A DNA stretch of 64,000 bases. Origin: Candidatus Hydrogenedentota bacterium (GTDB lineage Bacteria > Hydrogenedentota > Hydrogenedentia > Hydrogenedentales > SLHB01). The translations under genes were made by a program, and so were the position numbers. The notes under the pieces are model-generated. The model was not told the origin of the DNA, ran no database searches, and was given only the letters and a program-made list of their open reading frames with translations. The stretch covers positions 43,426 through 107,425 of the forward strand of contig BTVY01000021.1 in NCBI GenBank assembly GCA_045863335.1. Reading direction: 5' to 3'. This document shows, piece after piece, positions 31,777-41,129 of the stretch. Numbering within the stretch: position 1 is the first letter of the stretch; each line of letters begins with the position of its first letter.

Positions 31777-32649
31777 GTGAACTCCATCGTATCCAATCCG
31801 TACTCGAATGACGAGATCCCCTGGGTCAAGGGAAACCTGCACGCTCATACCACGAACAGCGACGGCAAGCGAAGTCCCCAGGTGGTGGTGGATACCTATG
31901 CCGCCCGCGGCTATGGATTCCTGACCATCAGCGATCACGACTACTTGACGGACCCGGCGACCCTGCGCGATCACGGGATGACCCTGATTCCGGGCAACGA
32001 AGTCACGGCAAGGGGCCCGCACGTGCTGCACATCGGCGCGTCACAGCTACTCGATCCCGATCCCGACCGCCAAACGGTGCTCAACCAGATTGTCGATTCA
32101 GGAGAACTCGCTATCATCGCTCATCCCAACTGGGAAGACGATTTCTCGCACTGTCCCCAGGCCGCGCTGGAATCCTGGCGCGGCTACATGGGAATTGAAA
32201 TCTACAACGGCGTCGTTCGCCGGTTGACGGGAAGCCCATTGGCGACGGACCGGTGGGACCGATTGTTGGGCCTTGGGCGCCGCGTGTGGGGTTTCGCCCA
32301 CGACGACAGCCATCGCGACGGCGATGACGAGCTGGCCTGGATCATGGTGCAGACGGAGTATCGCGATGCAGCGGCAATCATGACTGCGATCCGGCAAGGG
32401 CGCTTCTATGCCAGCACCGGGGTCGAGATCGAAGGAATCCGCGTGTGCGGAAATACGATCGCCGTGCGAACACGCAACGCGGAGCGCATCGTCGTCCATT
32501 CCGATTTTGGCCGCCGCCAAGCGGCCGTCGACGACACCTGTATTTCCTTCACCGTCCCGGAAACGGGCGCGATCACGTACGTTCGATTTGAATGCTGGGG
32601 GCCGGGTGACGCGATGGCGTGGACGCAACCGTTCTTCCTGAATCCCTAG
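31777..32649 (+). CDS. PHP-domain (CehA/McbA-like) metallohydrolase
   Basis: NLHAHTTNSDG, SDHD, GNE, AHP, DDSH. Confidence 0.85.
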   Translation: MNSIVSNPYSNDEIPWVKGNLHAHTTNSDGKRSPQVVVDTYAARGYGFLTISDHDYLTDPATLRDHGMTLIPGNEVTARGPHVLHIGASQLLDPDPDRQTVLNQIVDSGELAIIAHPNWEDDFSHCPQAALESWRGYMGIEIYNGVVRRLTGSPLATDRWDRLLGLGRRVWGFAHDDSHRDGDDELAWIMVQTEYRDAAAIMTAIRQGRFYASTGVEIEGIRVCGNTIAVRTRNAERIVVHSDFGRRQAAVDDTCISFTVPETGAITYVRFECWGPGDAMAWTQPFFLNP

Positions 32650-32755
32650 TCAATTCTACATGGTCCGCAAGGGCCGACGGCCTACCAATCCGTATGTTCG
32701 GAATGAAAAATCCAACCATATTGTAGGTATCACTGCATCAATCGTGGACCGATAG

Positions 32756-33373
<618 letters not shown>

Positions 33374-33439
33374 CTCCCGCCTGTTGCCCGGAGCGATGCG
33401 TTGGCTCGAAAACACCGTTAGGTACGTACGGAGGACAAA

Positions 33440-34864
33440 ATGCGGAAAGATCTCAGTCCAAAAGATGTGGTCGACCTCATAAAGAAGGAAGAGGTCAAGT
33501 TCGTCGATATCCGGTTCATGGACTTCCCGGGTTTGATGCAACACTTCTCGATCCCGGCCCGTGAATTGAGCGAGGATACCTTCGAGGATGGCCTCGGGTT
33601 CGACGGATCGAGCATCCGGGGCTGGCAGGCCATCAACGAGAGCGACATGCTCGTACTGCCGGATCCGAAGACGGCGACCATCGACCCCTTCTCGGAAATC
33701 AAGACCCTCATTTTGTACTCGAATATCCTTGACCCGATTACGAAAGAGCGGTACAGCCGTTGCCCGCGTTGCATCGCGCAGAAGGCCGAAAACTACATGG
33801 TCTCGACCGGCCTTGCCGACACCGCATATATGGGGCCGGAAGCGGAGTTCTTCGTATTCGACAACGTTCAGTACGACATCAATTCGAATTCGGCGTTCCA
33901 CGTAGTCGACAGCGCGGAAGGCATCTGGAACAGCGGCCGTGACGAAGAGCCCAATCTGGGGTACAAGCTGCGCCACAAGGAAGGGTACTTCCCGGTTCCG
34001 CCGTCCGACTCCCTTCAGGACCTCCGCAACGAGATGGTCGACACCATGCTCAAGTGCGGGCTGAATGTGGAATGCCACCACCATGAAGTGGCGACCGCCG
34101 GACAGTGCGAGATCGATCTGCGGTTTGACAGCCTGACGCTCATGGCCGACATGATGACCATGTACAAGTACATCATCAAGAACACGGCCAAGGCGCACAA
34201 CAAGACCGTCACCTTCATGCCGAAGCCGCTCTACGCGGACAACGGCTCCGGGATGCACACCCATATCAGCCTTTGGAAGGGCGGCAAGCCGCTCTTCGCG
34301 GGAGACAAGTACGCCGGCCTGAGCCAGGAAGCCTTGTGGGGCATCGGCGGCCTGCTCAAACACGCGCCCGCGCTGGTCGCGATCACGAACCCCACGGTGA
34401 ATTCGTACAAGCGCCTCGTGCCGGGTTACGAAGCCCCGGTCAACCTGGCCTACTCGAGCCGGAATCGCAGCGCCTGCTGCCGAATCCCCATGTACTCGCC
34501 CAGCCCGAAGGCCAAACGCATCGAGTTCCGCGTGCCGGATCCGTCGTGCAACCCGTATCTCGCGTTCTCCGCGCTGCTCATGGCCGTCATCGACGGTATC
34601 CAGAACAAGATCGATCCGGGTTCCCCGATGGACAAGGACCTCTACGACCTGCCGGCCGAAGAGAAGGCCCTCATCCCGCAGACGCCGGGAAGCCTGGGCG
34701 AAGCGCTGGACGCCCTGGAAAAGGATCACGAGTTCCTGCTTCGGGGGGATGTGTTCACGAAGGACGTGATCGACACTTGGATCAGCTACAAGCGGGACAA
34801 AGAAGTGCTGCCCATGAGCCTGCGCCCGCACCCGTACGAGTTCTACTTGTACTACGACGTCTAA
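33440..34864 (+). CDS. glnA: Glutamine synthetase type I
   Basis: FDGSSI, HHHEVA, TFMPKP..DNGSGMH, GYEAP, adenylylation-site LYDLP. Confidence 0.97.
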   Translation: MRKDLSPKDVVDLIKKEEVKFVDIRFMDFPGLMQHFSIPARELSEDTFEDGLGFDGSSIRGWQAINESDMLVLPDPKTATIDPFSEIKTLILYSNILDPITKERYSRCPRCIAQKAENYMVSTGLADTAYMGPEAEFFVFDNVQYDINSNSAFHVVDSAEGIWNSGRDEEPNLGYKLRHKEGYFPVPPSDSLQDLRNEMVDTMLKCGLNVECHHHEVATAGQCEIDLRFDSLTLMADMMTMYKYIIKNTAKAHNKTVTFMPKPLYADNGSGMHTHISLWKGGKPLFAGDKYAGLSQEALWGIGGLLKHAPALVAITNPTVNSYKRLVPGYEAPVNLAYSSRNRSACCRIPMYSPSPKAKRIEFRVPDPSCNPYLAFSALLMAVIDGIQNKIDPGSPMDKDLYDLPAEEKALIPQTPGSLGEALDALEKDHEFLLRGDVFTKDVIDTWISYKRDKEVLPMSLRPHPYEFYLYYDV

Positions 34865-34890
34865 GCCGTAACTACATCTGCAAAATCGAG

Positions 34891-34930
34891 CGGGGTGGCA
34901 ACGATACCGTTGCCACCCCGTCTGTTTTTT
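34891..34930 (+). terminator. Intrinsic terminator of glnB-glnA
   Basis: CGGGGTGGCAACG-ATAC-CGTTGCCACCCCG followed by a T-run. Confidence 0.85.
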
Positions 34931-35061
34931 GACTTGCCCCGCGGCAAGGGCCCCAGCCGTCTCGAAACCCGCCGGGCCCGCTGACGGTCCAATTGATTAG
35001 ACGCATGGCCGGAATCGCCAGTATCTGCCACGATCCGAGGCGCTGTACAAGGCATAGGAAC

Positions 35062-35096
35062 AAAAAAAGGGCCGAAACGCATACACGCTTCGGCCC
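35062..35096 (-). terminator. Intrinsic terminator after micropeptide A
   Basis: Minus strand GGGCCGAAGCG...TTTCGGCCC-TTTTTTT. Confidence 0.75.
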
Positions 35097-35156
35097 ACAC
35101 TCAACTCGCCCGGCCCCTCCGGACAGCAATCCGGGAAGGGCCGGTAGAATGCGCGA

Positions 35157-35219
35157 TTAGAGTACCTGGTACAGAACGACCAGAATGATCAGCCACCAGA
35201 TCCAAGAGAACCAGAACAT
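35157..35219 (-). CDS. Trp-rich hydrophobic micropeptide A (MFWFSWIWWLIILVVLYQVL, 20 aa)
   Basis: AAGGGAGGT RBS, ATG, paralogy with B and C, downstream terminator. Confidence 0.8.
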   Translation of the reverse strand: MFWFSWIWWLIILVVLYQVL

Positions 35220-35606
35220 GTTTTCGACCTCCCTTCTAGATGAGATGTGACGCCGCCCCTTCGGAGCGATAGTGTAAGACACCGGGGATACCCACATGTA
35301 TCCCTAAGCACCATACAACCTTGAATCAATTTCGTTTCACCGTCCGGTACCCTGGTATTCGGGTTTCGCACGCATCTCGTCAATCGCCGACCCACGCGTT
35401 TCGAAACCTGTCGGCCGTTTGCCGGGTCCAACTATCAGATTCGACGGAACCACCAGAATCCGGAAGCTGCAACAAAAGACAGTTTAAACATTCTCGCTGG
35501 CAATTTTAAAGGGGTCGAAGCATTGGCCTGCCCCGACCCCAGAATCTGCGCCGAATTGTGAGCCAAATGGGCCACTAGTGCCAGCGCAACGCGTATTCGG
35601 TTCTAG

Positions 35607-35666
35607 TTAGAGAACCTGATACAGAAGTACGATGATCAAAATCCACCACATCCACCACCAAAACAT
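35607..35666 (-). CDS. Trp-rich hydrophobic micropeptide B (MFWWWMWWILIIVLLYQVL, 19 aa)
   Basis: AAGGGAGGT RBS; same LYQVL C-terminus as A with synonymous codon differences. Confidence 0.8.
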   Translation of the reverse strand: MFWWWMWWILIIVLLYQVL

Positions 35667-35783
35667 AGTTCAAACCTCCCTTCATGTTAACGTTTACGCC
35701 ACTCCCTCACGGAGTGACGAAGATGCACAACACTTGATTTGATTGAACTGTATCTTGCCTTCTCTGAAGGCAAGAGGGCAGGG

Positions 35784-35882
35784 TTAAAGCACTTCGTACA
35801 GAATGACGATTGCGATGATCCACCAGATCCAGGTGAACGGGCTCAAGAGCCACCAGAACGCGGCTTTGGGCGTACCTTTCAT
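35784..35882 (-). CDS. Trp-rich hydrophobic micropeptide C (MKGTPKAAFWWLLSPFTWIWWIIAIVILYEVL, 32 aa)
   Basis: AAAGGAGGT RBS; WIWW..I.V.LYEVL shared with A and B. Confidence 0.8.
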   Translation of the reverse strand: MKGTPKAAFWWLLSPFTWIWWIIAIVILYEVL

Positions 35883-35986
35883 GAGTCAGACCTCCTTTCC
35901 TGCATCTCCAATCAGTCCGCTGAATCTCGGGTCCCCGGTCCTCCGCAGAACCTCACCCGAGATTGGTCTCGTGAAAACCAAGGCAG

Positions 35987-36015
35987 ATTGTATACGAGGT
36001 TTCGAGTATTTTCAA
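35987..36015 (-). promoter_or_regulatory. Sigma-70 promoter for micropeptide C
   Basis: TTGAAA-N17-TACAAT on the minus strand. Confidence 0.7.
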
Positions 36016-36213
36016 GCCCCTTCACACCTTTCGCAGCACTGCCTTGGGCCGGATCGAAACATCTTGCGGGTACGGGCACACTATAGCACAAACTGTGGGC
36101 ATCCTCAATAGAGAATATGTGGACAGCCGCGTCACGATAACGGTTTCGGGACCCGCTTCGCATCCCCGCGAAACCATGGAGGCGTGGACCCGGTCAAACT
36201 CCTAAAGCGAAAC

Positions 36214-36254
36214 AAAAAAAGTGTGGCGAATCCGCCGTGGATTCGCCACAAAAA
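36214..36254 (-). terminator. Intrinsic terminator after micropeptide D
   Basis: Minus strand TGTGGCGAATCC...GGATTCGCCACA-CTTTTTTT. Confidence 0.8.
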
Positions 36255-36281
36255 CTGCTAAGGAAAATGAGGTGTCCGGTA

Positions 36282-36368
36282 CTAGACCTGAAGGTTCCAA
36301 CCGGCCTCGAAGAACACCGCAAGGATGTACCATACGGCTACCCAAAACCACCAGAAAAGCAAAAACAT
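36282..36368 (-). CDS. Trp/Phe-rich micropeptide D (MFLLFWWFWVAVWYILAVFFEAGWNLQV, 28 aa)
   Basis: AAAGGAG RBS; paralogous to E; followed by a terminator. Confidence 0.78.
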   Translation of the reverse strand: MFLLFWWFWVAVWYILAVFFEAGWNLQV

Positions 36369-36546
36369 AGCCTTTTTCTCCTTTCGTTTCTACGAATGGT
36401 CGAACAGCACTAGACCCTAACTGTAGAGCTATCGGACCGGGAGAAACAACGAAGCATCGTCAACTGCTTCTCCTTCCGCTTCCGACTGGCGCCCACGCGA
36501 CTAGCATCGCACAGCGCCAAGCGTACCTGGGTCTAAGCTTCCAGCC

Positions 36547-36627
36547 TTAGAACGGGTAAAGCCCAGCGTAGAAGACGTTCCACACCAACCACCAGAAAAG
36601 CCAGAATCCCCACAGCAAAAGAAACAT
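36547..36627 (-). CDS. Trp/Phe-rich micropeptide E (MFLLLWGFWLFWWLVWNVFYAGLYPF, 26 aa)
   Basis: AAAGGAGGT RBS; MFLL..W..W...F.AG shared with D. Confidence 0.8.
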   Translation of the reverse strand: MFLLLWGFWLFWWLVWNVFYAGLYPF

Positions 36628-36684
36628 ACCTAGACCTCCTTTCATGTTGATCGTTCTTCGTTGCCCCCCATGGAGCGTGGCGAC

Positions 36685-36713
36685 AGTATAGCATAAGAGA
36701 TCCTGAGAAACAA
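36685..36713 (-). promoter_or_regulatory. Sigma-70 promoter for micropeptide E
   Basis: TTGTTT-N17-TATACT with extended -10 TG. Confidence 0.7.
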
Positions 36714-36846
36714 CGAGTTGTGGGAGAAAATCTCTCGTACCCATGGTGCTGTGCCCCAGGGCCATACGTTCACAGCAAATTCGAAATCCGAAGCACGAAA
36801 TCCGAAGCTAATTCCAAGGATCGGAACCTGAATGGATGCCCCCTGT

Positions 36847-36930
36847 GGCTTGGGCGTCCTCGCCCAAGAGGTCTGCCGGGGTAGCCCGCAGGTTACATCC
36901 CCAGGAGCTTGTGCGAGGACGCCCAAGCCA
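36847..36930. repeat. REP-like inverted repeat pair
   Basis: TGGCTTGGGCGTCCTCGCCCAAG ... CTTGTGCGAGGACGCCCAAGCCA. Confidence 0.7.
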
Positions 36931-37023
36931 TGGCTACTGTCTCGAAATGGGACTGGTCTCCGGCATGGTTTTTAGGGCATTATCGGCGTTGATGAGCCAA
37001 TCGCGGCCACGGAGAATCTCACG

Positions 37024-38538
37024 GTGAACGCCAATCCGCCCAATATCCTCTTCATTATGACCGACCAGCAACGCGCGGACGCGTTGCAAGCAGCGGGGAA
37101 TCCCCTCATCTTCACCCCCAATATGGACCGGTTGGCCGCGCGGGGCGTCCGGTTTACGCGCGCGTATTCCACCTGCCCGGTCTGCGTTCCGGCCCGGTAC
37201 ACCATCCGGACCGGGCGGGAACCCCACACCACGGGGGTCTATTCCAACGCGGCGCCGGACCCGGTCGAAGGGCAGCCGGCCGCCATGGAGGACCGCTGCG
37301 GACCCTACCTGGCGCGAACGATGACCGGCCTCGGCTACCGGACCTTCGGGATTGGGAAGTTCCACTCCCAGCCCCGCGACGAAGACCTGGGATACGAGGT
37401 CCATCTCCACAGCGAAGAACTGTTCGGATCGCCGGAGGACCGGAAGAAGGACGCCTATTGCCGGTTCATCGCGGGCGAGCATCCCGCGTTCTCCTATATC
37501 GAGGATTATATGGGCGAGCGAACGGAAATGTACTACATGCCCCAACAGAGCCCCCTTCCGCCGGAGCTGACGGTAGAATCGTGGGCGGCCGACCGCGCCG
37601 TGGAACAAATACAGTCCTCGGATTCGCGTCCGTACTTTGGCTTTGTATCCTTCATCGGGCCTCACCCGCCGCTGGCGCCGCCCATCCCTTTCAACCGGAT
37701 GTACGATCCCGACGAGATGCCTAACCCCATCCGGGGTGACATTGCAGTCGATCACATGGACGAACAGATCCCCTGGATGAACCACGCCGTGTGGGCGGAG
37801 GACATCAACGATGCCCACGCGCGCGTGCTTCGGGCGCGATACTATGGCGAGATCTCCTATATCGACCAGTGCCTGGGCCGCATCCTGGACGCGGTAGACG
37901 CCCGCGACGACGCTGCCAACACGCTGATCTGCTTCTACTCCGACCACGGCGACCACCTCGGCGACCACCATGGCTGGCAGAAGGAGAGCTATTTCGACGT
38001 ATCCTGCCGCGTGCCGTTCCTGGTGAGTTGGCTGGACCGGCTCGACGCCGGAGTCGTGAGCGACAATCTGGTATGCCTGACCGACCTCTTCGGCATCGCC
38101 ACCACCGCCGCCGGCGCGCCGGACCTGCGAGACGGCTCGGACATTCTGGGCGCACTATGGGGCACGGCAACGCCGCGCGAGCGGGTCATCGGCCTCTACG
38201 GCACACCGGGCACGCCCCGATTCAAAGTCATGGTCCGCGAAGGCGACTGGAAATACGTCTACTTCGCGAACGGCGGTACGGAACAACTCTTCAACCTAAC
38301 CGAGGATCCCCACGAGCTGCGGCAACGCGCGCAGGACAAGCCAGACGTCGTCGCACGACTCCGCGCAACCGCCGTGGAGGCCGTAAACGTGCCCAACGCG
38401 AACCGCGCCCTCGACGCCGGCGGCCTTGTCGCCTTCCCCTTCGAAGCCCGCCCCTTCCGCCGTATCGTACAGATGGACCGGTCCCGCGACATAACCGGCT
38501 TTCCGGAGAACCCGGGGGACCTGTTTGCCGGAACCTAG
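37024..38538 (+). CDS. Sulfatase (choline-sulfatase-like, cytoplasmic)
   Basis: TDQQRAD, CVPAR, GKFH, PHPP, SDHGD. Confidence 0.92.
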   Translation: MNANPPNILFIMTDQQRADALQAAGNPLIFTPNMDRLAARGVRFTRAYSTCPVCVPARYTIRTGREPHTTGVYSNAAPDPVEGQPAAMEDRCGPYLARTMTGLGYRTFGIGKFHSQPRDEDLGYEVHLHSEELFGSPEDRKKDAYCRFIAGEHPAFSYIEDYMGERTEMYYMPQQSPLPPELTVESWAADRAVEQIQSSDSRPYFGFVSFIGPHPPLAPPIPFNRMYDPDEMPNPIRGDIAVDHMDEQIPWMNHAVWAEDINDAHARVLRARYYGEISYIDQCLGRILDAVDARDDAANTLICFYSDHGDHLGDHHGWQKESYFDVSCRVPFLVSWLDRLDAGVVSDNLVCLTDLFGIATTAAGAPDLRDGSDILGALWGTATPRERVIGLYGTPGTPRFKVMVREGDWKYVYFANGGTEQLFNLTEDPHELRQRAQDKPDVVARLRATAVEAVNVPNANRALDAGGLVAFPFEARPFRRIVQMDRSRDITGFPENPGDLFAGT

Positions 38539-38592
38539 TGTCCTGAGCCCTAAGTTCCTTCTCAAGAATCTTGTGTGACGTGTTGGTCAAAG

Positions 38593-38625
38593 TCCCCCTT
38601 TGAAGGGGGATTTAGGGGGATGTTC
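38593..38625. repeat. Single copy of the CCCCCTT...AAGGGGG repeat
   Basis: TCCCCCTTTGAAGGGGGATTTAGGGGGATGTTC. Confidence 0.7.
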
Positions 38626-38846
38626 CCTCAGATACCGGGACAAAAAATGAAAAGAATCTCAAATTCGCTACGCTAGCGGCTCCCGTCGCCTGACTCGATC
38701 GGGGGCGTGGTCTCTGTCTATATTGTCCGTATATCTGCCTCTGTTCTCTGACGGCAACGGATGGGGATGCCGGTTGGATTCCAGGTCGAGCGCGGGTGAA
38801 TGAGATTTGCCGGGCGGCATACTTTGTCTTCTACGCAAAGGGTTGA

Positions 38847-40229
38847 ATGATGCGATTTTGGTGCGCACGATTGGGTTCTTTTCTGTCATTGGTGCTCCTG
38901 AACGTTTCCGCGTGCTTCGTTGCGGTCGCGCAGGGGACCGCACTCCTGCCGGAACAGGAAGCCGCGTTACGGGGGATTGCCCGGGCCGAAACCGTTGACT
39001 GGACGGATTTGACGGGGGCTCAGGCCACCGCGTTGCACGAACGGGCGGAGCGGTATCTCGATCTGTATCAGAAGTACCACTTGCCCCACGGCTTGAATGC
39101 CGACGTCTGGTGGAACGACTACGAGCGGTCGAGTGTGAGCCGGCTTGAGGGGCTTGGCGACAGCGCGGCGTGGACAGGACATTACCTGGCAGCCCTCGCG
39201 TTGAAACACAACGTCACGCAAAACGCGAAGACGCGGTCGGACATTCTGGCCGTGTTGGACAAGTTCGACCTCCTCACCGTCGTGAGCGGGCGGGAAGGGT
39301 ACATCGCGCGGTACGCGGGTCCGGCCGATGACGCGGGCTATCGCGAGTACTACAGCGTGTACGGGAAGGGCGAGGATCCCGATCGCCCGGGGCTCGGGAA
39401 ACGGGCGTTTCGCGGTGTTGAACCGTACACGGACCTCGTCTGGCTGGGGTATAGCTCCCGCGACACCTACGATGGCGTTAACTTCGGCCTCGCAATCGCG
39501 TTGGCCTATGTACGCGATGACGAGGTCGAGGGGCGCGTGAAGCGCATCGTCGAACGGGTCGTCGACCGCCTCATCGAGGATTCGTGGGACATCCCCGATG
39601 GAAAAGGCAATACGACGCGCGCGACGCCGACGTACAAGGCGGCGTGGATGCGCACGGCCCTGTCGGTCAATGGCGAGAAGTATGGCAGCCTCCGGGAAGA
39701 ATATGCGGAGATCTGCGCCTGGATTGCTCAACGCTCGTCCCTCAAGTCGCCCTTCGAGCGGGAGTATTTTGCGAATAACTTACTGTTCATTCGCTTGTCC
39801 GCGCTATGCGCGCTCGAGAAGGATCCCGAACTGAAGAAGCTCCTCAACGGCGCGCTCACGGGGATGTACTTAGAAACGCGCGACCACCTCAACCCCCACT
39901 TTGCCGCCATCTATCTGCTTGCGACGGGCGATACGGAGAATGAGGAAGCCCGCGCGCTGGTACAAGGACTGTTGATCGACTTCCCCGGCCCGCCCAAGTT
40001 TGGACGTGCCGTCGACCTCCGAAAAGATACGTCCATCGAAATGCAGGACGACGAGTTCACGAAGTACGCCCTGCTATCGCGGGAGCGGGTACCCAGCGAT
40101 TTCTACTGGCAACGCTCGCCGTGCCTGAGCCACGGCAGCTTCGATCTGCCCTACGAGTTTCCCGGGATCGACGTGTTTCTGCCCTACTGGATGGGGCGCG
40201 TGGCCGGTGTGATACCGGCGCCGAATTAG
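38847..40229 (+). CDS. Secreted hypothetical protein, possibly alpha/alpha-barrel
   Basis: Signal peptide; long ORF with typical codon usage; GDSAAWTGHYLAA and SSRDTYDG motifs. Confidence 0.7.
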   Translation: MMRFWCARLGSFLSLVLLNVSACFVAVAQGTALLPEQEAALRGIARAETVDWTDLTGAQATALHERAERYLDLYQKYHLPHGLNADVWWNDYERSSVSRLEGLGDSAAWTGHYLAALALKHNVTQNAKTRSDILAVLDKFDLLTVVSGREGYIARYAGPADDAGYREYYSVYGKGEDPDRPGLGKRAFRGVEPYTDLVWLGYSSRDTYDGVNFGLAIALAYVRDDEVEGRVKRIVERVVDRLIEDSWDIPDGKGNTTRATPTYKAAWMRTALSVNGEKYGSLREEYAEICAWIAQRSSLKSPFEREYFANNLLFIRLSALCALEKDPELKKLLNGALTGMYLETRDHLNPHFAAIYLLATGDTENEEARALVQGLLIDFPGPPKFGRAVDLRKDTSIEMQDDEFTKYALLSRERVPSDFYWQRSPCLSHGSFDLPYEFPGIDVFLPYWMGRVAGVIPAPN

Positions 40230-40427
40230 GAAACGCTCACTCGACCTAACCCCATTGCGCGTTCCAGACGCTAGTGCTAGTATTACAAAAGGATCACGGG
40301 CGCACGGATCACCCGCGCGAAACCACCGGATCAATGAGGGGGATCAATAAATGGTTGCCGTTTCCATTTGTTGTCGAGAGAGTTTATCAGACGTTTCCAG
40401 AAAGTCGAAAGGAGAAAGACGGTGTTT

Positions 40428-40793
40428 ATGCTGAAAGCGGTGTTCTTCGTGTTTCTATTGGCACCCGTGGGCGGGGGGGCAGTTGGCGCGCTCATTGCAG
40501 CAATCTCGTTCGTGATGTCAGGGGAATATGCGTCGTTTGGAGCTTCATTTGGCATTCCGATCGGTGCGTTTACCGGGTTAATACACGGACTGATTTTTGT
40601 GTGGTTTTTGCCCGAAGAATCATTAACCCGCTTGATAGTGTACCTAACTCTTGGGACGCTACTCGGAGCGATGCCCATGGCGTTGATTCCCGATTTTGCG
40701 GTACCTGCATGGTTTGGCGGGGTTGTCGGGTGCTGGGTCGCGTTCGGATTGTTTAAGAGCAAACTAATTGAACATTATATGGGTGCGGAATAA
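40428..40793 (+). CDS. Hypothetical 4-TM membrane protein
   Basis: Gly-rich hydrophobic segments; AAGGAG RBS. Confidence 0.6.
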   Translation: MLKAVFFVFLLAPVGGGAVGALIAAISFVMSGEYASFGASFGIPIGAFTGLIHGLIFVWFLPEESLTRLIVYLTLGTLLGAMPMALIPDFAVPAWFGGVVGCWVAFGLFKSKLIEHYMGAE

Positions 40794-41129
40794 TTGGGGA
40801 CATCCATGATAGGTATAAGTCAAGAGGCAAAGCGGGCGGTTTGCCATTCTGCGCCGAACTAGGGATCGCTCACTCGATCTCCCCTTGTACGAGTCTTGTA
40901 GCGCCCGGTTTTCATGCCGGACGAAACTCAAAGCCGCACATCTGCGGGGAAACTGCGCCCGCCATGGAAGGCGGGACGCTACGGATCGCCGTATGCGGAT
41001 TCTTACCACGGGCTGCTCATGGACTTGTTTGCCGGGGCGTAGCTTGCGCAAGCGGACATTTCTAAATTGCATTGCTAGCTCCCGTGACCGGATTCGATCT
41101 CGGGGGCGATCCTTTTTATACTGTCCGGC

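Noticed and set aside
35157-36627. Trp-rich ORFs as trp attenuator leader peptides
   Set aside because: No tryptophan biosynthesis or transport genes lie downstream (the array converges on glnA), there are five copies, and the peptides look like full TM helices with conserved C-termini
35157-36627. CRISPR array
   Set aside because: The repeated units are degenerate coding sequences at irregular spacing, with no identical direct repeats and no cas genes
41074-41105. tRNA 3'-end fragment or attachment site on the minus strand
   Set aside because: Only an imperfect T-loop-like GATCGAATCC, with no cloverleaf, CCA end or integrase
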